IMG/VR virus record: IMGVR_UViG_2840526738_000004
Location: 12,203 to 76,202 of that record
Length of the DNA stretch: 64,000 nucleotides
Origin: a virus
Lineage: Duplodnaviria; Caudoviricetes
Direction: 5' to 3' (one strand)
Position 1 is the first letter of the stretch. Each line of letters opens with the position of its first letter. The notes beneath the pieces are model-generated. The model searched no databases, was not told the origin of the DNA, and saw only the letters and a list, made by a program, of their open reading frames with translations. The position numbers and the translations under genes are program-made. Positions 1-9,368 of this stretch are shown piece after piece.

Positions 1-265
1 TATACAATCTAGTCCTAGGATTATCAACAAGGAATTGTTTATACTCAGGATGTTGACTGATATAATTAATCAAACCTCTATCATTTTTGGTACCTAATTG
101 ATATTCCTTATTTCTTCCAGCGATATGTATTTCTCCATCATCACCTAAGAATACAGTTGTATTACAACCATCAATCTTAGGTTGAACTATAACATTTCCT
201 TCTAGGATACCTTCTGTATCTTGGGTTCCTAGTCTACAAACATGTTGATACTTCTTAAACTCCAT
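1..265 (-). CDS. RNA ligase (Rnl2-like nucleotidyltransferase), partial; runs off the left edge
   Basis: Not in the ORF track. Manual translation gives MEFKKYQHVCRLGTQDTEGILEGNVIVQPKIDGCNTTVF..., containing the KxDGxN motif I. The ATG overlaps the upstream stop (TAATG). Confidence 0.75.
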   Translation of the reverse strand, partial: MEFKKYQHVCRLGTQDTEGILEGNVIVQPKIDGCNTTVFLGDDGEIHIAGRNKEYQLGTKNDRGLINYISQHPEYKQFLVDNPRTRLY

Positions 266-975
266 TATTGCTTTTTGGCTCCTTTTTTCTTTGCTTTAGG
301 CTTAACCTCTTTTGCCTTTACTTTACGTAAACCTAATTTTTCTATAGCCACTTCTGACCAATTTTCAAAGTTAGTTCCTTTATCAATCAAGTCGTTAAGT
401 TCTTCCACTGACACCCATTGACCTTCAAGTTTATCAACTTCATTGATTTCTATTTCATTGCATACATTATATAGTTCAACCTCTGTCAAGATACAGATAT
501 GAACTCTTGATACATCTGATGAGTCATCAATAAATACATCTGATAACTTGATATTCAATTCTCCATTTAGTCCGTCATACGTGGTTTCTTCACGTAATTC
601 ACGTTTGATACAATTAATAACTGTATTGCGGAAGTCAACGATATCATTTACACCTCTACCACGCTCATAATCAGCATGATCTACGTGTCCTCCAACACCA
701 ATTGAGTGTTTACCTACCAATCTTGAGTCGCCTTTTAAACGCTTTGTAATGAGGTATTTACCGTCATTCTTTAACACAACATATGGAATGACCTGTCTTA
801 AACTTGTATCAAGTTCAGCTTTGTATCTGTATTCGTAATATCCTCTTTTGGTAACAGCGTTCTCTAACGCTTTCATGGGACTTTCTCCAACTCTCAACCA
901 TGATTCATAATAATCGTTTTCTACGACCAGTACCTTTTCATTTCCGTATTTCTGTTTTAATTCTTGTTCAGTCAT
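265..975 (-). CDS. NUDIX hydrolase (YmaB/COG4112-like)
   Basis: Motifs AELDTSLRQVIPY, RL..K.SIGVGGHV and RELREET (partial Nudix box). Confidence 0.8.
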   Translation of the reverse strand: MTEQELKQKYGNEKVLVVENDYYESWLRVGESPMKALENAVTKRGYYEYRYKAELDTSLRQVIPYVVLKNDGKYLITKRLKGDSRLVGKHSIGVGGHVDHADYERGRGVNDIVDFRNTVINCIKRELREETTYDGLNGELNIKLSDVFIDDSSDVSRVHICILTEVELYNVCNEIEINEVDKLEGQWVSVEELNDLIDKGTNFENWSEVAIEKLGLRKVKAKEVKPKAKKKGAKKQ

Positions 976-984
976 GTTCCTCCT

Positions 985-1962
985 TTATATTTTGACCGTA
1001 TTTTCTTTAGGCAACGGTATATCCTTTCTCAAATAAAACTGTGCATCATCACATCTTAAATCACCATAATATCCAAACGGACACCAGCTACAGATCGGCG
1101 AGCATTTACTCTCATAACTAAGGTTCTCAGGTTGATACATTCGTCTAAATGCCTCAATCAGCTCATTATTGATATCTTCAATCGTACGCTGTTTATCTTT
1201 AAGCTGACCCTTTTTAGCACCAGTCTTGAAGTAAGTTTTATTAGCTACACTATCATTCAGTGCCAATGGTACAACATCCTGCAACTTATCAAAACGTGTG
1301 AAGTAATAAGCACATCTCGTTGGCAGTACTCCAAACTTTTCATAAATGACAAGTGAATATATAGGTAACTGTAAGTTATGTTTAAGTTTTGCTGGTTTAA
1401 ACAATGACTTACCTGTCTTATGGTCTATTACGATATATTCACCTGTTTTCTTATCTCTAAGCACCAAGTCAATAAATCCATTCAAGTAGACCTCGTTATA
1501 TTTCTCATCTGCGAACAATACAGTGAATGGAAGATCTACTTTCAATCTGAACTCCATTTCCTGTGCTACAACGTCGCATTTATCTAGTAATTCTGCCAGT
1601 TCTCCGTCGCAAGTGATAAATCCTTTCATCATCTGTTTGTGTGTTTCTAGCAGTTCACTTTCTGTTTCTTTATCAAAGTACATTTCACGTTTACTTAGAT
1701 TTTCTTCAACTAAGTCCTGTACTTCACCTATTGTCCATTGATATCCTTCTGATAATTTCTTACAATACTCTTCAATGCTTGCATGTATCTGCGTTCCAAA
1801 TTGCGTAGCATCTGAGTCACTATATTCCCCAAGTCCTAACAAGTATTGATATTTCCATCGACGTGGGCAATCCAAGAAAGTTGACAGCTGTGAATATGAC
1901 ACTGCCAATACTTTCTTAGTTACTCCATTTATGTCGAACTCTTTGAAGATTTTAGTTTTCAT
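985..1962 (-). CDS. PD-(D/E)XK RecB/AddB/Cas4-like exonuclease with probable Fe-S cysteines
   Basis: SYSQL..F..CPRRW, GTQIH, GFIDL, IDHKTG, QLPIY, and a C-terminal CSPICSWCPF...C. Confidence 0.85.
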   Translation of the reverse strand: MKTKIFKEFDINGVTKKVLAVSYSQLSTFLDCPRRWKYQYLLGLGEYSDSDATQFGTQIHASIEEYCKKLSEGYQWTIGEVQDLVEENLSKREMYFDKETESELLETHKQMMKGFITCDGELAELLDKCDVVAQEMEFRLKVDLPFTVLFADEKYNEVYLNGFIDLVLRDKKTGEYIVIDHKTGKSLFKPAKLKHNLQLPIYSLVIYEKFGVLPTRCAYYFTRFDKLQDVVPLALNDSVANKTYFKTGAKKGQLKDKQRTIEDINNELIEAFRRMYQPENLSYESKCSPICSWCPFGYYGDLRCDDAQFYLRKDIPLPKENTVKI

Positions 1963-2164
1963 TTAGAACCTTTCCATGGATTAAGAATTTTGGAACTGAA
2001 ACTACTTCTGTTCTGAATGTTCCCCATGCTGTAATACCTCTAACCTTAATCAGGCATAATAACTTACCCATTGTTATAATTTGTCCTTTCCATATACCGC
2101 TTTCAAAGTCAAGGTTAATCATTCTAAAGTAAACCATATCTCCACATTTTATATTATCAGACAC
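1952..2164 (-). CDS. hypothetical protein
   Basis: ORF with overlapping start/stop inside a co-oriented operon. Confidence 0.6.
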   Translation of the reverse strand: MSDNIKCGDMVYFRMINLDFESGIWKGQIITMGKLLCLIKVRGITAWGTFRTEVVSVPKFLIHGKVLNEN

Positions 2165-2474
2165 CGAAGTCCTCCAATGTTGTTTGCCCTTCTACTGGTT
2201 CATTCTTGGATTTTTCAATTACTGGCTCGTAATCCTCATAAAATGCATAGTCGCTCATAACAACCCAAAATATTTCCTTAGATAATTCATTCGCAACTCC
2301 GACTACATAATCAGTATCTCTAATTCGATATGCACGATCATTGCGGAATACATAATATTCTCCATTAAGCTCAATAACATCTTCACTTTCGATTAAATCT
2401 TTTAACCACTGAGGTTCCTCTCCTTCATGGTACTGATATGCTTCTACATATTCTGGTTTTCTTTTGTACTTCAC
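2157..2474 (-). CDS. hypothetical phage protein
   Basis: MKYKRKPEYVEAYQY N-terminus typical of small phage proteins; RBS AAGGAAAGGA. Confidence 0.7.
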   Translation of the reverse strand: MKYKRKPEYVEAYQYHEGEEPQWLKDLIESEDVIELNGEYYVFRNDRAYRIRDTDYVVGVANELSKEIFWVVMSDYAFYEDYEPVIEKSKNEPVEGQTTLEDFGV

Positions 2475-2499
2475 TTGCTGTCCTTTCCTTTACTACACC

Positions 2500-3372
2500 T
2501 TATTTCTTATCTGTTACAACTGTTCCAGCACCATTAACAGTAACCCAACCATGTTTTAAACGTGCTTCTGCTTCTTTCATCTTGATCAATTCTGGTGTGA
2601 TTGACTGTGATTTCAATTTATTAGCTTCTGCTTCTCCTTTAGCCTTTTCAATTGCTACAGCAGCTTCACCTTCAGCTTTAACTTTGTTAGTTTCTGCTTG
2701 TTTCTGTGCTGTAACAAGGTCTAATTCAGCCTTTTCAGCATCCTGTTTAGCCTGTTCTTTAGCTTTAACTTTCTTCATCAATTCATCATCTAACTGAACG
2801 TCAATGATATTCACTGATGACACTTTAATACCATATTCATCCAACAGCTTTTCAGTTAAGTATTTAGAAATACTTTCTCCAACTAAGCTACGTTTCTCGC
2901 TGTAGATATCCATAACAGAGAACTGTGGTGTAACATCTTTGATGTATGAAATAATCTGGTTCTGGACACGATTTTCAACGATATCTTCGCCATCCATTCC
3001 ACCGAAATTCTCATATAGTTTTACGACCTTATCAGCCTCAAAGTTATAATTAATACTTACATTAAGTTTTACCATACCACCGTCTGCTGGTGCATCTACA
3101 TGCCAGTCTTGGTGTTCATCTTTATTGTAATCAGCTGGATTATTACTCAATACCAACTGCTGTTGTTTTACTGGGAACTGTTTTACTTTCAACAATGGAT
3201 TAATGAAGTGATAACCTGTTGTTAACACATCTTCCTGAACTCCATCACTCATTGAATATACGACACCAACATTCCCTACATCTACTTTCTCGAATGAAGC
3301 AACTCCATATATTGCTCCTACTACTGCTCCAGCGATTACAACTCCAGCTAAAACACTACCTGTTTTATTCAT
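2500..3372 (-). CDS. SPFH/prohibitin (Band 7) family membrane protein
   Basis: N-terminal TM helix, V..GNVGVV...G..HF.NP, and a C-terminal AE/AQ-rich coiled coil. Confidence 0.9.
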   Translation of the reverse strand: MNKTGSVLAGVVIAGAVVGAIYGVASFEKVDVGNVGVVYSMSDGVQEDVLTTGYHFINPLLKVKQFPVKQQQLVLSNNPADYNKDEHQDWHVDAPADGGMVKLNVSINYNFEADKVVKLYENFGGMDGEDIVENRVQNQIISYIKDVTPQFSVMDIYSEKRSLVGESISKYLTEKLLDEYGIKVSSVNIIDVQLDDELMKKVKAKEQAKQDAEKAELDLVTAQKQAETNKVKAEGEAAVAIEKAKGEAEANKLKSQSITPELIKMKEAEARLKHGWVTVNGAGTVVTDKK

Positions 3373-3520
3373 TTAAATTACCTTTCCTTTCTTGCTCCTT
3401 TTGAGCTTCATATTTATCATTTGATTTTTTAATTTGAATAATTACTTGGTTGAATACTAATGCAACAAATGAGAAAACTAGCAATAGTCCAACAAAAATT
3501 CCTAAACCTATCAACCACAT
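3365..3520 (-). CDS. small single-TM membrane protein (51 aa)
   Basis: Manual translation MWLIGLGIFVGLLLVFSFVALVFNQVIIQIKKSNDKYEAQKEQERKGNLNE; it fills the gap with overlapping start and stop. Confidence 0.6.
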   Translation of the reverse strand: MWLIGLGIFVGLLLVFSFVALVFNQVIIQIKKSNDKYEAQKEQERKGNLNE

Positions 3521-3849
3521 TATTTATCTTCTGACTCCATATTTGGTTTCTTAATTTCTTGTATCTTATTTTTAATTTGCTTTGAGAAAATAATGCACAT
3601 AACCAATGCTAAAATCAGTGTGAATGGCACAAATACCTTCCATAGTAAGACGAATAAACATATGAAGATTGTTGTTAAGAATGATAAAAATGGAACACCA
3701 ATTACAACCACAAATAACATTATTTTCATATCTCCCATGTCGAAATCTTCAAATTTTTCATCTTCCTCAAAATCGTGTCTAATACCCCATGCAGTCAATA
3801 GCTCACTTAATATAGTTACTACAATAAATACTACTAGAAACATCTTCAT
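3520..3849 (-). CDS. hypothetical membrane protein
   Basis: Multiple hydrophobic segments; operonic spacing. Confidence 0.65.
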   Translation of the reverse strand: MKMFLVVFIVVTILSELLTAWGIRHDFEEDEKFEDFDMGDMKIMLFVVVIGVPFLSFLTTIFICLFVLLWKVFVPFTLILALVMCIIFSKQIKNKIQEIKKPNMESEDK

Positions 3850-3850
3850 G

Positions 3851-4132
3851 TTACTGTATCTCCTTCTTCAACCATTCTGTGATATCCTTAAATACGTCAC
3901 TTGGTTTCTTCTTGAATATAAAGTAATAACATCCAAGAACTAACAACGTTATCGGTACACTTAGAAAAGCTAAACCACTAAATACGATTCCACCAAACAA
4001 TGTCATCAAGAGTATAAGGAATACATCAAAACCATCAGTACGTTCAGTGTGATATTTTCTAAATAGAACCATTTCATAAATCAACGACATAAATGTAGCA
4101 ATAGTTGCAATAATTCCCATAAATGTGTCCAT
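3851..4132 (-). CDS. hypothetical membrane protein
   Basis: Two to three hydrophobic helices; operonic spacing. Confidence 0.65.
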   Translation of the reverse strand: MDTFMGIIATIATFMSLIYEMVLFRKYHTERTDGFDVFLILLMTLFGGIVFSGLAFLSVPITLLVLGCYYFIFKKKPSDVFKDITEWLKKEIQ

Positions 4133-4134
4133 AG

Positions 4135-4860
4135 TTAATCCTCCAACATGATTAAATCTTTCGCATATGGAAGTGTTTTAATCCAGTCACAGAAACCTTC
4201 ATGTGCGTTTAGCTGAGAATATTCTTGTCCTTCTATGACCATGATATTTTCACTCCACTCATCTAACTTGTGATTACGTCTTGCAAAGTAGATGTTACGC
4301 AATACTTCATAATTCAATGTAACTGTGCGTTTCTGGTTGTAACTTGATGGAAGTAGCTGAATCATCTGCCACCAATATTTTTTATCTTTGGTTTCAAGAT
4401 ATTTTTTTCTACATAGATTAAGTGTATCTATTATGAGTTCCATAACGTCATTTGGCGTAGCCCATTCAGAACCACAAGAAACAGCAATTCCATCATCAAT
4501 TAAATGCTCGCAACTAAAATCTTCCAACATAAATTCCTTCTTATGAATACAATGCATCGTACTACAGCTATTAGCAACAGTACCAACCTTATATGTATCA
4601 AATTCTTTCCACCAATATAACGGAGCAGTAATATCCACACTTACCATAATTTGTCGCATGAACTTTCTATGGTCAGAACCAGCTTTAATCAATCGTTGCA
4701 TTAAATTTATGTCATTATCTCCAATAAAATATTCACTACCTTGAAAGCGTGCATCGTCACATGTAAAAGTATCACTCTTATCCCAACTCTCTAACGGATT
4801 TCTCATACCTCTTATTGCATGTCCAAAACCCCAAACTTCTGTATCTTCAAATTTAATCAT
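4135..4860 (-). CDS. ThyX-like (flavin-dependent thymidylate synthase-related) phage protein
   Basis: GMRNP..SW, DH.KFMRQI.V.VDITAPLYWWKEFDTYKVGT..NSCSTMH, QLLPSSYNQ.RT and R..HKLDEW follow the divergent ThyX-like phage family; the canonical RHR motif is absent. Confidence 0.55.
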   Translation of the reverse strand: MIKFEDTEVWGFGHAIRGMRNPLESWDKSDTFTCDDARFQGSEYFIGDNDINLMQRLIKAGSDHRKFMRQIMVSVDITAPLYWWKEFDTYKVGTVANSCSTMHCIHKKEFMLEDFSCEHLIDDGIAVSCGSEWATPNDVMELIIDTLNLCRKKYLETKDKKYWWQMIQLLPSSYNQKRTVTLNYEVLRNIYFARRNHKLDEWSENIMVIEGQEYSQLNAHEGFCDWIKTLPYAKDLIMLED

Positions 4861-5104
4861 TACTATCTCCTACCTCATGTAAAACTTCTTCTGCGTTATC
4901 TTTCATATATTCTGCTAATTTCATATATCCATTAGTGTTTGTATCTTCATCAAAACCTCTATAGCTCACCCTTGCTGGATATACATTTAATGTGTTACCA
5001 ACACGTTCAAAAATTATAGCCCAGCCAAATGCATGTAATATCATATTTACGAACCACAGCAATCCACTTTCCTGAAATTCATTCCATGTTTTACGTCTAA
5101 TCAA
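4853..5104 (-). CDS. hypothetical phage protein
   Basis: Operonic ORF, ATGA overlaps. Confidence 0.7.
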   Translation of the reverse strand: MIRRKTWNEFQESGLLWFVNMILHAFGWAIIFERVGNTLNVYPARVSYRGFDEDTNTNGYMKLAEYMKDNAEEVLHEVGDSND

Positions 5105-6003
5105 AATACCAACTCCTCTAGTACCATATACTCATCAGTTGATAGCTCAACATTAACCCCAGTTTTTGTGTTTACAAAATTATCTTTTCCATCTACGCAC
5201 TTTAAAAACTTATTATTAGCAGTAACAGAATACCCTAATGGTCTTAAAATATCATCAGCTGTTATGACATACTCACCAGCTTTCGCTTGACGATTTACCT
5301 TCTTATATTCTTTATAATTTTCAAGCACATATCCTTCGTCCGATGATACATGGCAAACACTTCCATCTGCTATGTTTACACCATTAAAACATTGATATTT
5401 AGAATATTTATCAAATTCTTTTACTGATATGACATCACCATATTTATATTTATTTTGTGTACATCTTGGATTATTAACAAAGAAATAATCTCCTACCTTT
5501 ACTTCTCTATTCGTGCCAGTATATGAATACGTAAACCCATAGCCACGTCCAAACGTTCTCGCCAATTCGATATCAGATTCTTCTTCATTCTCAACAACAG
5601 ATTCTTCTTTATGTTCAACATTAAACCCATTATCTTCGAGGATCTTTCTGATATCTTTATATCTATAACCATGTTTCTTTAACAAACACATCATTAATCC
5701 TTTTTCAATATCAAACTTTTCTCCATGACATTTTGATACGAACTTATCACCGTTATCATCCCAATAAACTGTCACATTGTCATTTACCAATAATTTGTTA
5801 GGTGCCATCATTTTCTTGAAATGTTCTGGGTGTAAACTATACCATTTATCCCCTATTTTTCCTTCCTTACATCTTAATGTTTCAATCTCAATTGAAAAAT
5901 CTCTATTAATTTTTATAACTCTTCCGATGAATTCATTATCCAAATTAGTAAATCCATAGAAATTATCTATTGCCTTTATTACATCTCCAACTTTAAATTT
6001 CAT
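5101..6003 (-). CDS. modular hypothetical protein (KVGD/KOW-like repeats)
   Basis: MKFKVGD, VKVGD and RQAKAGEYV modules; shares modules with 9340-10269. Confidence 0.65.
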   Translation of the reverse strand: MKFKVGDVIKAIDNFYGFTNLDNEFIGRVIKINRDFSIEIETLRCKEGKIGDKWYSLHPEHFKKMMAPNKLLVNDNVTVYWDDNGDKFVSKCHGEKFDIEKGLMMCLLKKHGYRYKDIRKILEDNGFNVEHKEESVVENEEESDIELARTFGRGYGFTYSYTGTNREVKVGDYFFVNNPRCTQNKYKYGDVISVKEFDKYSKYQCFNGVNIADGSVCHVSSDEGYVLENYKEYKKVNRQAKAGEYVITADDILRPLGYSVTANNKFLKCVDGKDNFVNTKTGVNVELSTDEYMVLEELVF

Positions 6004-6017
6004 TAAATTCCTTTCCG

Positions 6018-7010
6018 TTAAATTTCTTCCAGATCGTCTACTAAGTCAAACATTGATTCATCATCTAAATCTGCAATACTGTCCTTTTCAACGTCTGAAT
6101 ACCGTTCCATTGGAAGCTTTACAACTTCCACAAATTTATAACATTTGTTATAAACCTTTTGATTTAATATCTTTCCAGCATCATCATTATCTCCACACAC
6201 AACTATCTTCACACCGAGTTTAAGCAGTAATGTTACCTGTTCTTCTGATACGCTACTTCCCATGCATGCTACAGCATTTTTGTATCCCCATTCATGTAAT
6301 TTCATTACCGACTTAAACCCTTCAACCAAGATTACAAACCCATACTTTACAACCTCGTTTTTTGCTCTTGAATAATTGAATAATGTCAATGTTTTCTTAG
6401 TGTCACCAACAATACGATATCTTGGTTCACTTCCGTCAATTGACCTACCTGATACGCTCAATATTTGACCATCAGGACTGTCAATTGGGAATGTTACTCT
6501 GTCTTTAACTGAACCATCAATTCCAAAACCTATATTGAAGTAGTTCAATGTTTCATCTTTGAAACCTTGTTCCAATATATAAGGATGATGATAGTCAACT
6601 ATATCGTTCAAGATGATCCCTGATACTGGTTCGATATCTTTACGTTTCTTCTTTTTGCTTTTAATAAGTGTGTCTAGTAATTTCATTTTATTCCTAGCTT
6701 CTATTTTCTCTTGTGTTATCTCAATCGCACTATCTTCAAGCTTGACTTTGTTTTTCAGCCATTTGACAGCATCACTATAGTTTAATGATAATTGTTTCTT
6801 TACAACATCAATAACTGTGTACGATCTATGACATTCGCTGAAACAGTAGAACTTTAAATTCTTGTATTTAAGATTGTTCTTAACTCCTCCATGAAACATA
6901 CAAGGCATTGACAACCAGTCATTCTCTCTAACAAAGTCAATCTCTAAATCGTCAAGAATATCCTCAATTACTTCGTCACACTTTTCAATCAATAACTTAG
7001 TATCTATCAC
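6018..7010 (-). CDS. dnaG: DNA primase (Zn finger + TOPRIM)
   Basis: CMFH...CFSEC zinc motif; LVEGFKSV and VVCGDNDDAG TOPRIM motifs; adjacent to the helicase. Confidence 0.9.
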   Translation of the reverse strand: MIDTKLLIEKCDEVIEDILDDLEIDFVRENDWLSMPCMFHGGVKNNLKYKNLKFYCFSECHRSYTVIDVVKKQLSLNYSDAVKWLKNKVKLEDSAIEITQEKIEARNKMKLLDTLIKSKKKKRKDIEPVSGIILNDIVDYHHPYILEQGFKDETLNYFNIGFGIDGSVKDRVTFPIDSPDGQILSVSGRSIDGSEPRYRIVGDTKKTLTLFNYSRAKNEVVKYGFVILVEGFKSVMKLHEWGYKNAVACMGSSVSEEQVTLLLKLGVKIVVCGDNDDAGKILNQKVYNKCYKFVEVVKLPMERYSDVEKDSIADLDDESMFDLVDDLEEI

Positions 7011-7027
7011 ATATATTCGTTCACATC

Positions 7028-7237
7028 CTAGTCGTTATCTATTTCAACAACTTCATATCTATGCTTTACAAGAGAGTTATTTTGCAAGCAGCGATATACT
7101 GTCGTCTTTGATACTTCTAAAAACTTACATAGTCCTGATAGTCTAAATATACCTAACACTATATCTTTGTCTTGTGTGTCATATACAGCATAATATTTAG
7201 ACATCATCCTCATCTTCCTCGTAAGACTCATCTTCAA
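7028..7237 (-). CDS. small HTH-like protein (true start probably ~7207)
   Basis: LCKFLEVSKTTVYRCL helix-turn-helix pattern. Confidence 0.5.
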   Translation of the reverse strand: MKMSLTRKMRMMSKYYAVYDTQDKDIVLGIFRLSGLCKFLEVSKTTVYRCLQNNSLVKHRYEVVEIDND

Positions 7238-8597
7238 GAAGTCCTAATGCATATTGATTATCAATAGCTTCTTCAAACACCGCCTTACTTTTGTCAAATT
7301 TGAAATTAATACCTTTTGACTCATCTTCCATATTTACACCATTACGATTTTCCTTAACAAATATGTACATGTTTCCGCCAACATCAATTCCTAAATCATC
7401 TGCAATCTGCTCTTTTGACTTCTTTACAAAATAACAAATGGTTGAAGCGTATTGTTTAATCTGGTTACTTCCCCAAATTCTCAATCCACCTTCGGCTTTT
7501 GAATAGTCTGAGGTCTGAGCCATAGCAACTACAGCAAGTTCTAACTCTCCAGCAACTTGATTTTTAAGGAAGTTTGTAAGGTTAGCTAATTCAGTATTTT
7601 CTTTCTTCTTTTCACTAACATTTTCAACTTTCAAGTAATCCCAAACGACCATCTTCAAGTTAGCTTGTTTCTTCAATCGTTTGATTTCGTTATACACATC
7701 ATTTTGTGACCAACCAGCAGTGTACTGATGATAAATCGGGCACTCTGATATCATATCCAATGTTTCATTGTACTTTTTAACCGCCCATTCATATTTCTTG
7801 TAATGACCTTTTTTGATAAAGTTAAAGTTTACATTCATGATTTTAGCAGCTAGTCTTGAAGTGAATGTTTCATCTGTCAACTCAGTATCAACGACTAACA
7901 TCGGTATCTTGTTTACGACTGAAAGGTTATAGATCATATCAACAACCCACTGTGATTTTCCGAATTTAGCTGGTGCTGAATAGATTACCAATTCTCCAAC
8001 TTCATATGTAAAGAACTTATCTAGTGTTTGATATCCTGTAGGAAAACCACTAAATTCTGTAGTTGTATATCTATCAAGTTTCTTACGTATCTTGTCCATT
8101 CTATCTCCAAGTTTTACTATCTTGTTTCCAGCTGTAAAATCACTTCTAACATCCATTAATTGACCTTCTAAGGTGTCATACAGCTCTTTTACGGTCATTT
8201 CTTTCTCAGTATCAAGAGTTGTTTGGGCATACAGTAAAACATCTCTTAAACGGTCTTTAAAGGCGCATTTGATAACGTTATTTACATGAGGTTTCAAGTC
8301 ATCATATGTGTAATCCTCACCTAATTCTTGAAGTTTATCTAGGTATTCTATACCGTCATTTTGCTCTAACATTTTATTGTAATCAGCATTTGACGATACA
8401 AAGGCAAAGATGTCTGCAATTGAAATGCTTTCGGCTCCACCTTTGTATAAGATGTTAATAACTGTATACAGCATTTTGTCTAACTTATTACTAAAGTATC
8501 CAACTTTTAAATCTTTCAACTCCAACAACAAGCTGACATCATTTATCAAAGCACCAATGATGATATCTTCTGAAAGTGATGATGTATATAAGCGCAT
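7197..8597 (-). CDS. dnaB: DnaB-like replicative helicase
   Basis: FPTGY..LD, Walker A SAPAKFGKS, VDTEL, VVWDYLK, AMAQ, KENRNG. Confidence 0.92.
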   Translation of the reverse strand: MRLYTSSLSEDIIIGALINDVSLLLELKDLKVGYFSNKLDKMLYTVINILYKGGAESISIADIFAFVSSNADYNKMLEQNDGIEYLDKLQELGEDYTYDDLKPHVNNVIKCAFKDRLRDVLLYAQTTLDTEKEMTVKELYDTLEGQLMDVRSDFTAGNKIVKLGDRMDKIRKKLDRYTTTEFSGFPTGYQTLDKFFTYEVGELVIYSAPAKFGKSQWVVDMIYNLSVVNKIPMLVVDTELTDETFTSRLAAKIMNVNFNFIKKGHYKKYEWAVKKYNETLDMISECPIYHQYTAGWSQNDVYNEIKRLKKQANLKMVVWDYLKVENVSEKKKENTELANLTNFLKNQVAGELELAVVAMAQTSDYSKAEGGLRIWGSNQIKQYASTICYFVKKSKEQIADDLGIDVGGNMYIFVKENRNGVNMEDESKGINFKFDKSKAVFEEAIDNQYALGLLEDESYEEDEDDV

Positions 8598-8761
8598 TAT
8601 TCAAAGTCCTTTACTGTCATTTTCCATGGACAGTGGAAGAAAACAATATATTTTCCTTTACAACACGTTACATGAAAATCTGTTATAACTCCTTTGTTCT
8701 TATTCCTGAATTCTATAAAGTTATCAATCTGTTTATTGTTTAGTTTCAGTTTGTGGTACAT
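8597..8761 (-). CDS. small hypothetical protein (54 aa)
   Basis: Manual translation MYHKLKLNNKQIDNFIEFRNKNKG...; the stop overlaps the helicase ATG (TAATG). Confidence 0.5.
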   Translation of the reverse strand: MYHKLKLNNKQIDNFIEFRNKNKGVITDFHVTCCKGKYIVFFHCPWKMTVKDFE

Positions 8762-9368
8762 CTAAACCTGTTTCCTCCCGTAATTCCTGATATGCTCTAG
8801 CTTGATTATCAATAACGTTATCAACCATTTTCATTACTTCCAAGAATGTATCTTCAAGGTCTTTTGAGTTGTCAATTACATAATCAAACTTTGACAAATC
8901 AGGTGTTGTCGCAATTTGTTCTGATTCATGTTTAGCTACATCTCCCCTTAAACCATGTTTATTTTTATTATCAATATATACGTTAACGATTGATAGATAA
9001 TGGTTATATGGTTCAGGTCGCATTTCGTTTTCAAAACGTGCATCAGTTACAATAAAATATTTAGTGTTACTCATCATAGATACAATTAAATCCCAAACTA
9101 CATGAACAAAGTAATCTTCGTTATTCTGTCTAATAACATCTCCAACGTTTTGTAGAATTGCTCTGTCTTTGTCCTTATCTCTATATCCATAGTTACGCAC
9201 GCAGATATCTTTTAAAACATCTGCATACGCAAGCTGAATAGATGAACTTTCATATTTGCTTTTTAACAGTTGTTGAATCATGACTGCAACTGTATCTTTA
9301 CCTGACTGTGCTTTTCCAGTTAATACAAATACTACATTTCTAAGCATCAGGGAACCTCTCTGGATCAT
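8733..9368 (-). CDS. deoxynucleoside monophosphate kinase (start probably MLRNVVF)
   Basis: P-loop TGKAQSGKDT, YAD.LK, R.ILQ.VG, VTDARFENE, H.SE, IDNS..LE. Confidence 0.88.
   Translation of the reverse strand: MIQRGSLMLRNVVFVLTGKAQSGKDTVAVMIQQLLKSKYESSSIQLAYADVLKDICVRNYGYRDKDKDRAILQNVGDVIRQNNEDYFVHVVWDLIVSMMSNTKYFIVTDARFENEMRPEPYNHYLSIVNVYIDNKNKHGLRGDVAKHESEQIATTPDLSKFDYVIDNSKDLEDTFLEVMKMVDNVIDNQARAYQELREETGLDVPQTETKQ

Noticed and set aside
985-1962. Cas4-like nuclease as evidence of a CRISPR system
   Set aside because: No cas1/cas2 or repeat-spacer array is visible in the window; solo Cas4/RecB-like nucleases are common phage recombination enzymes.
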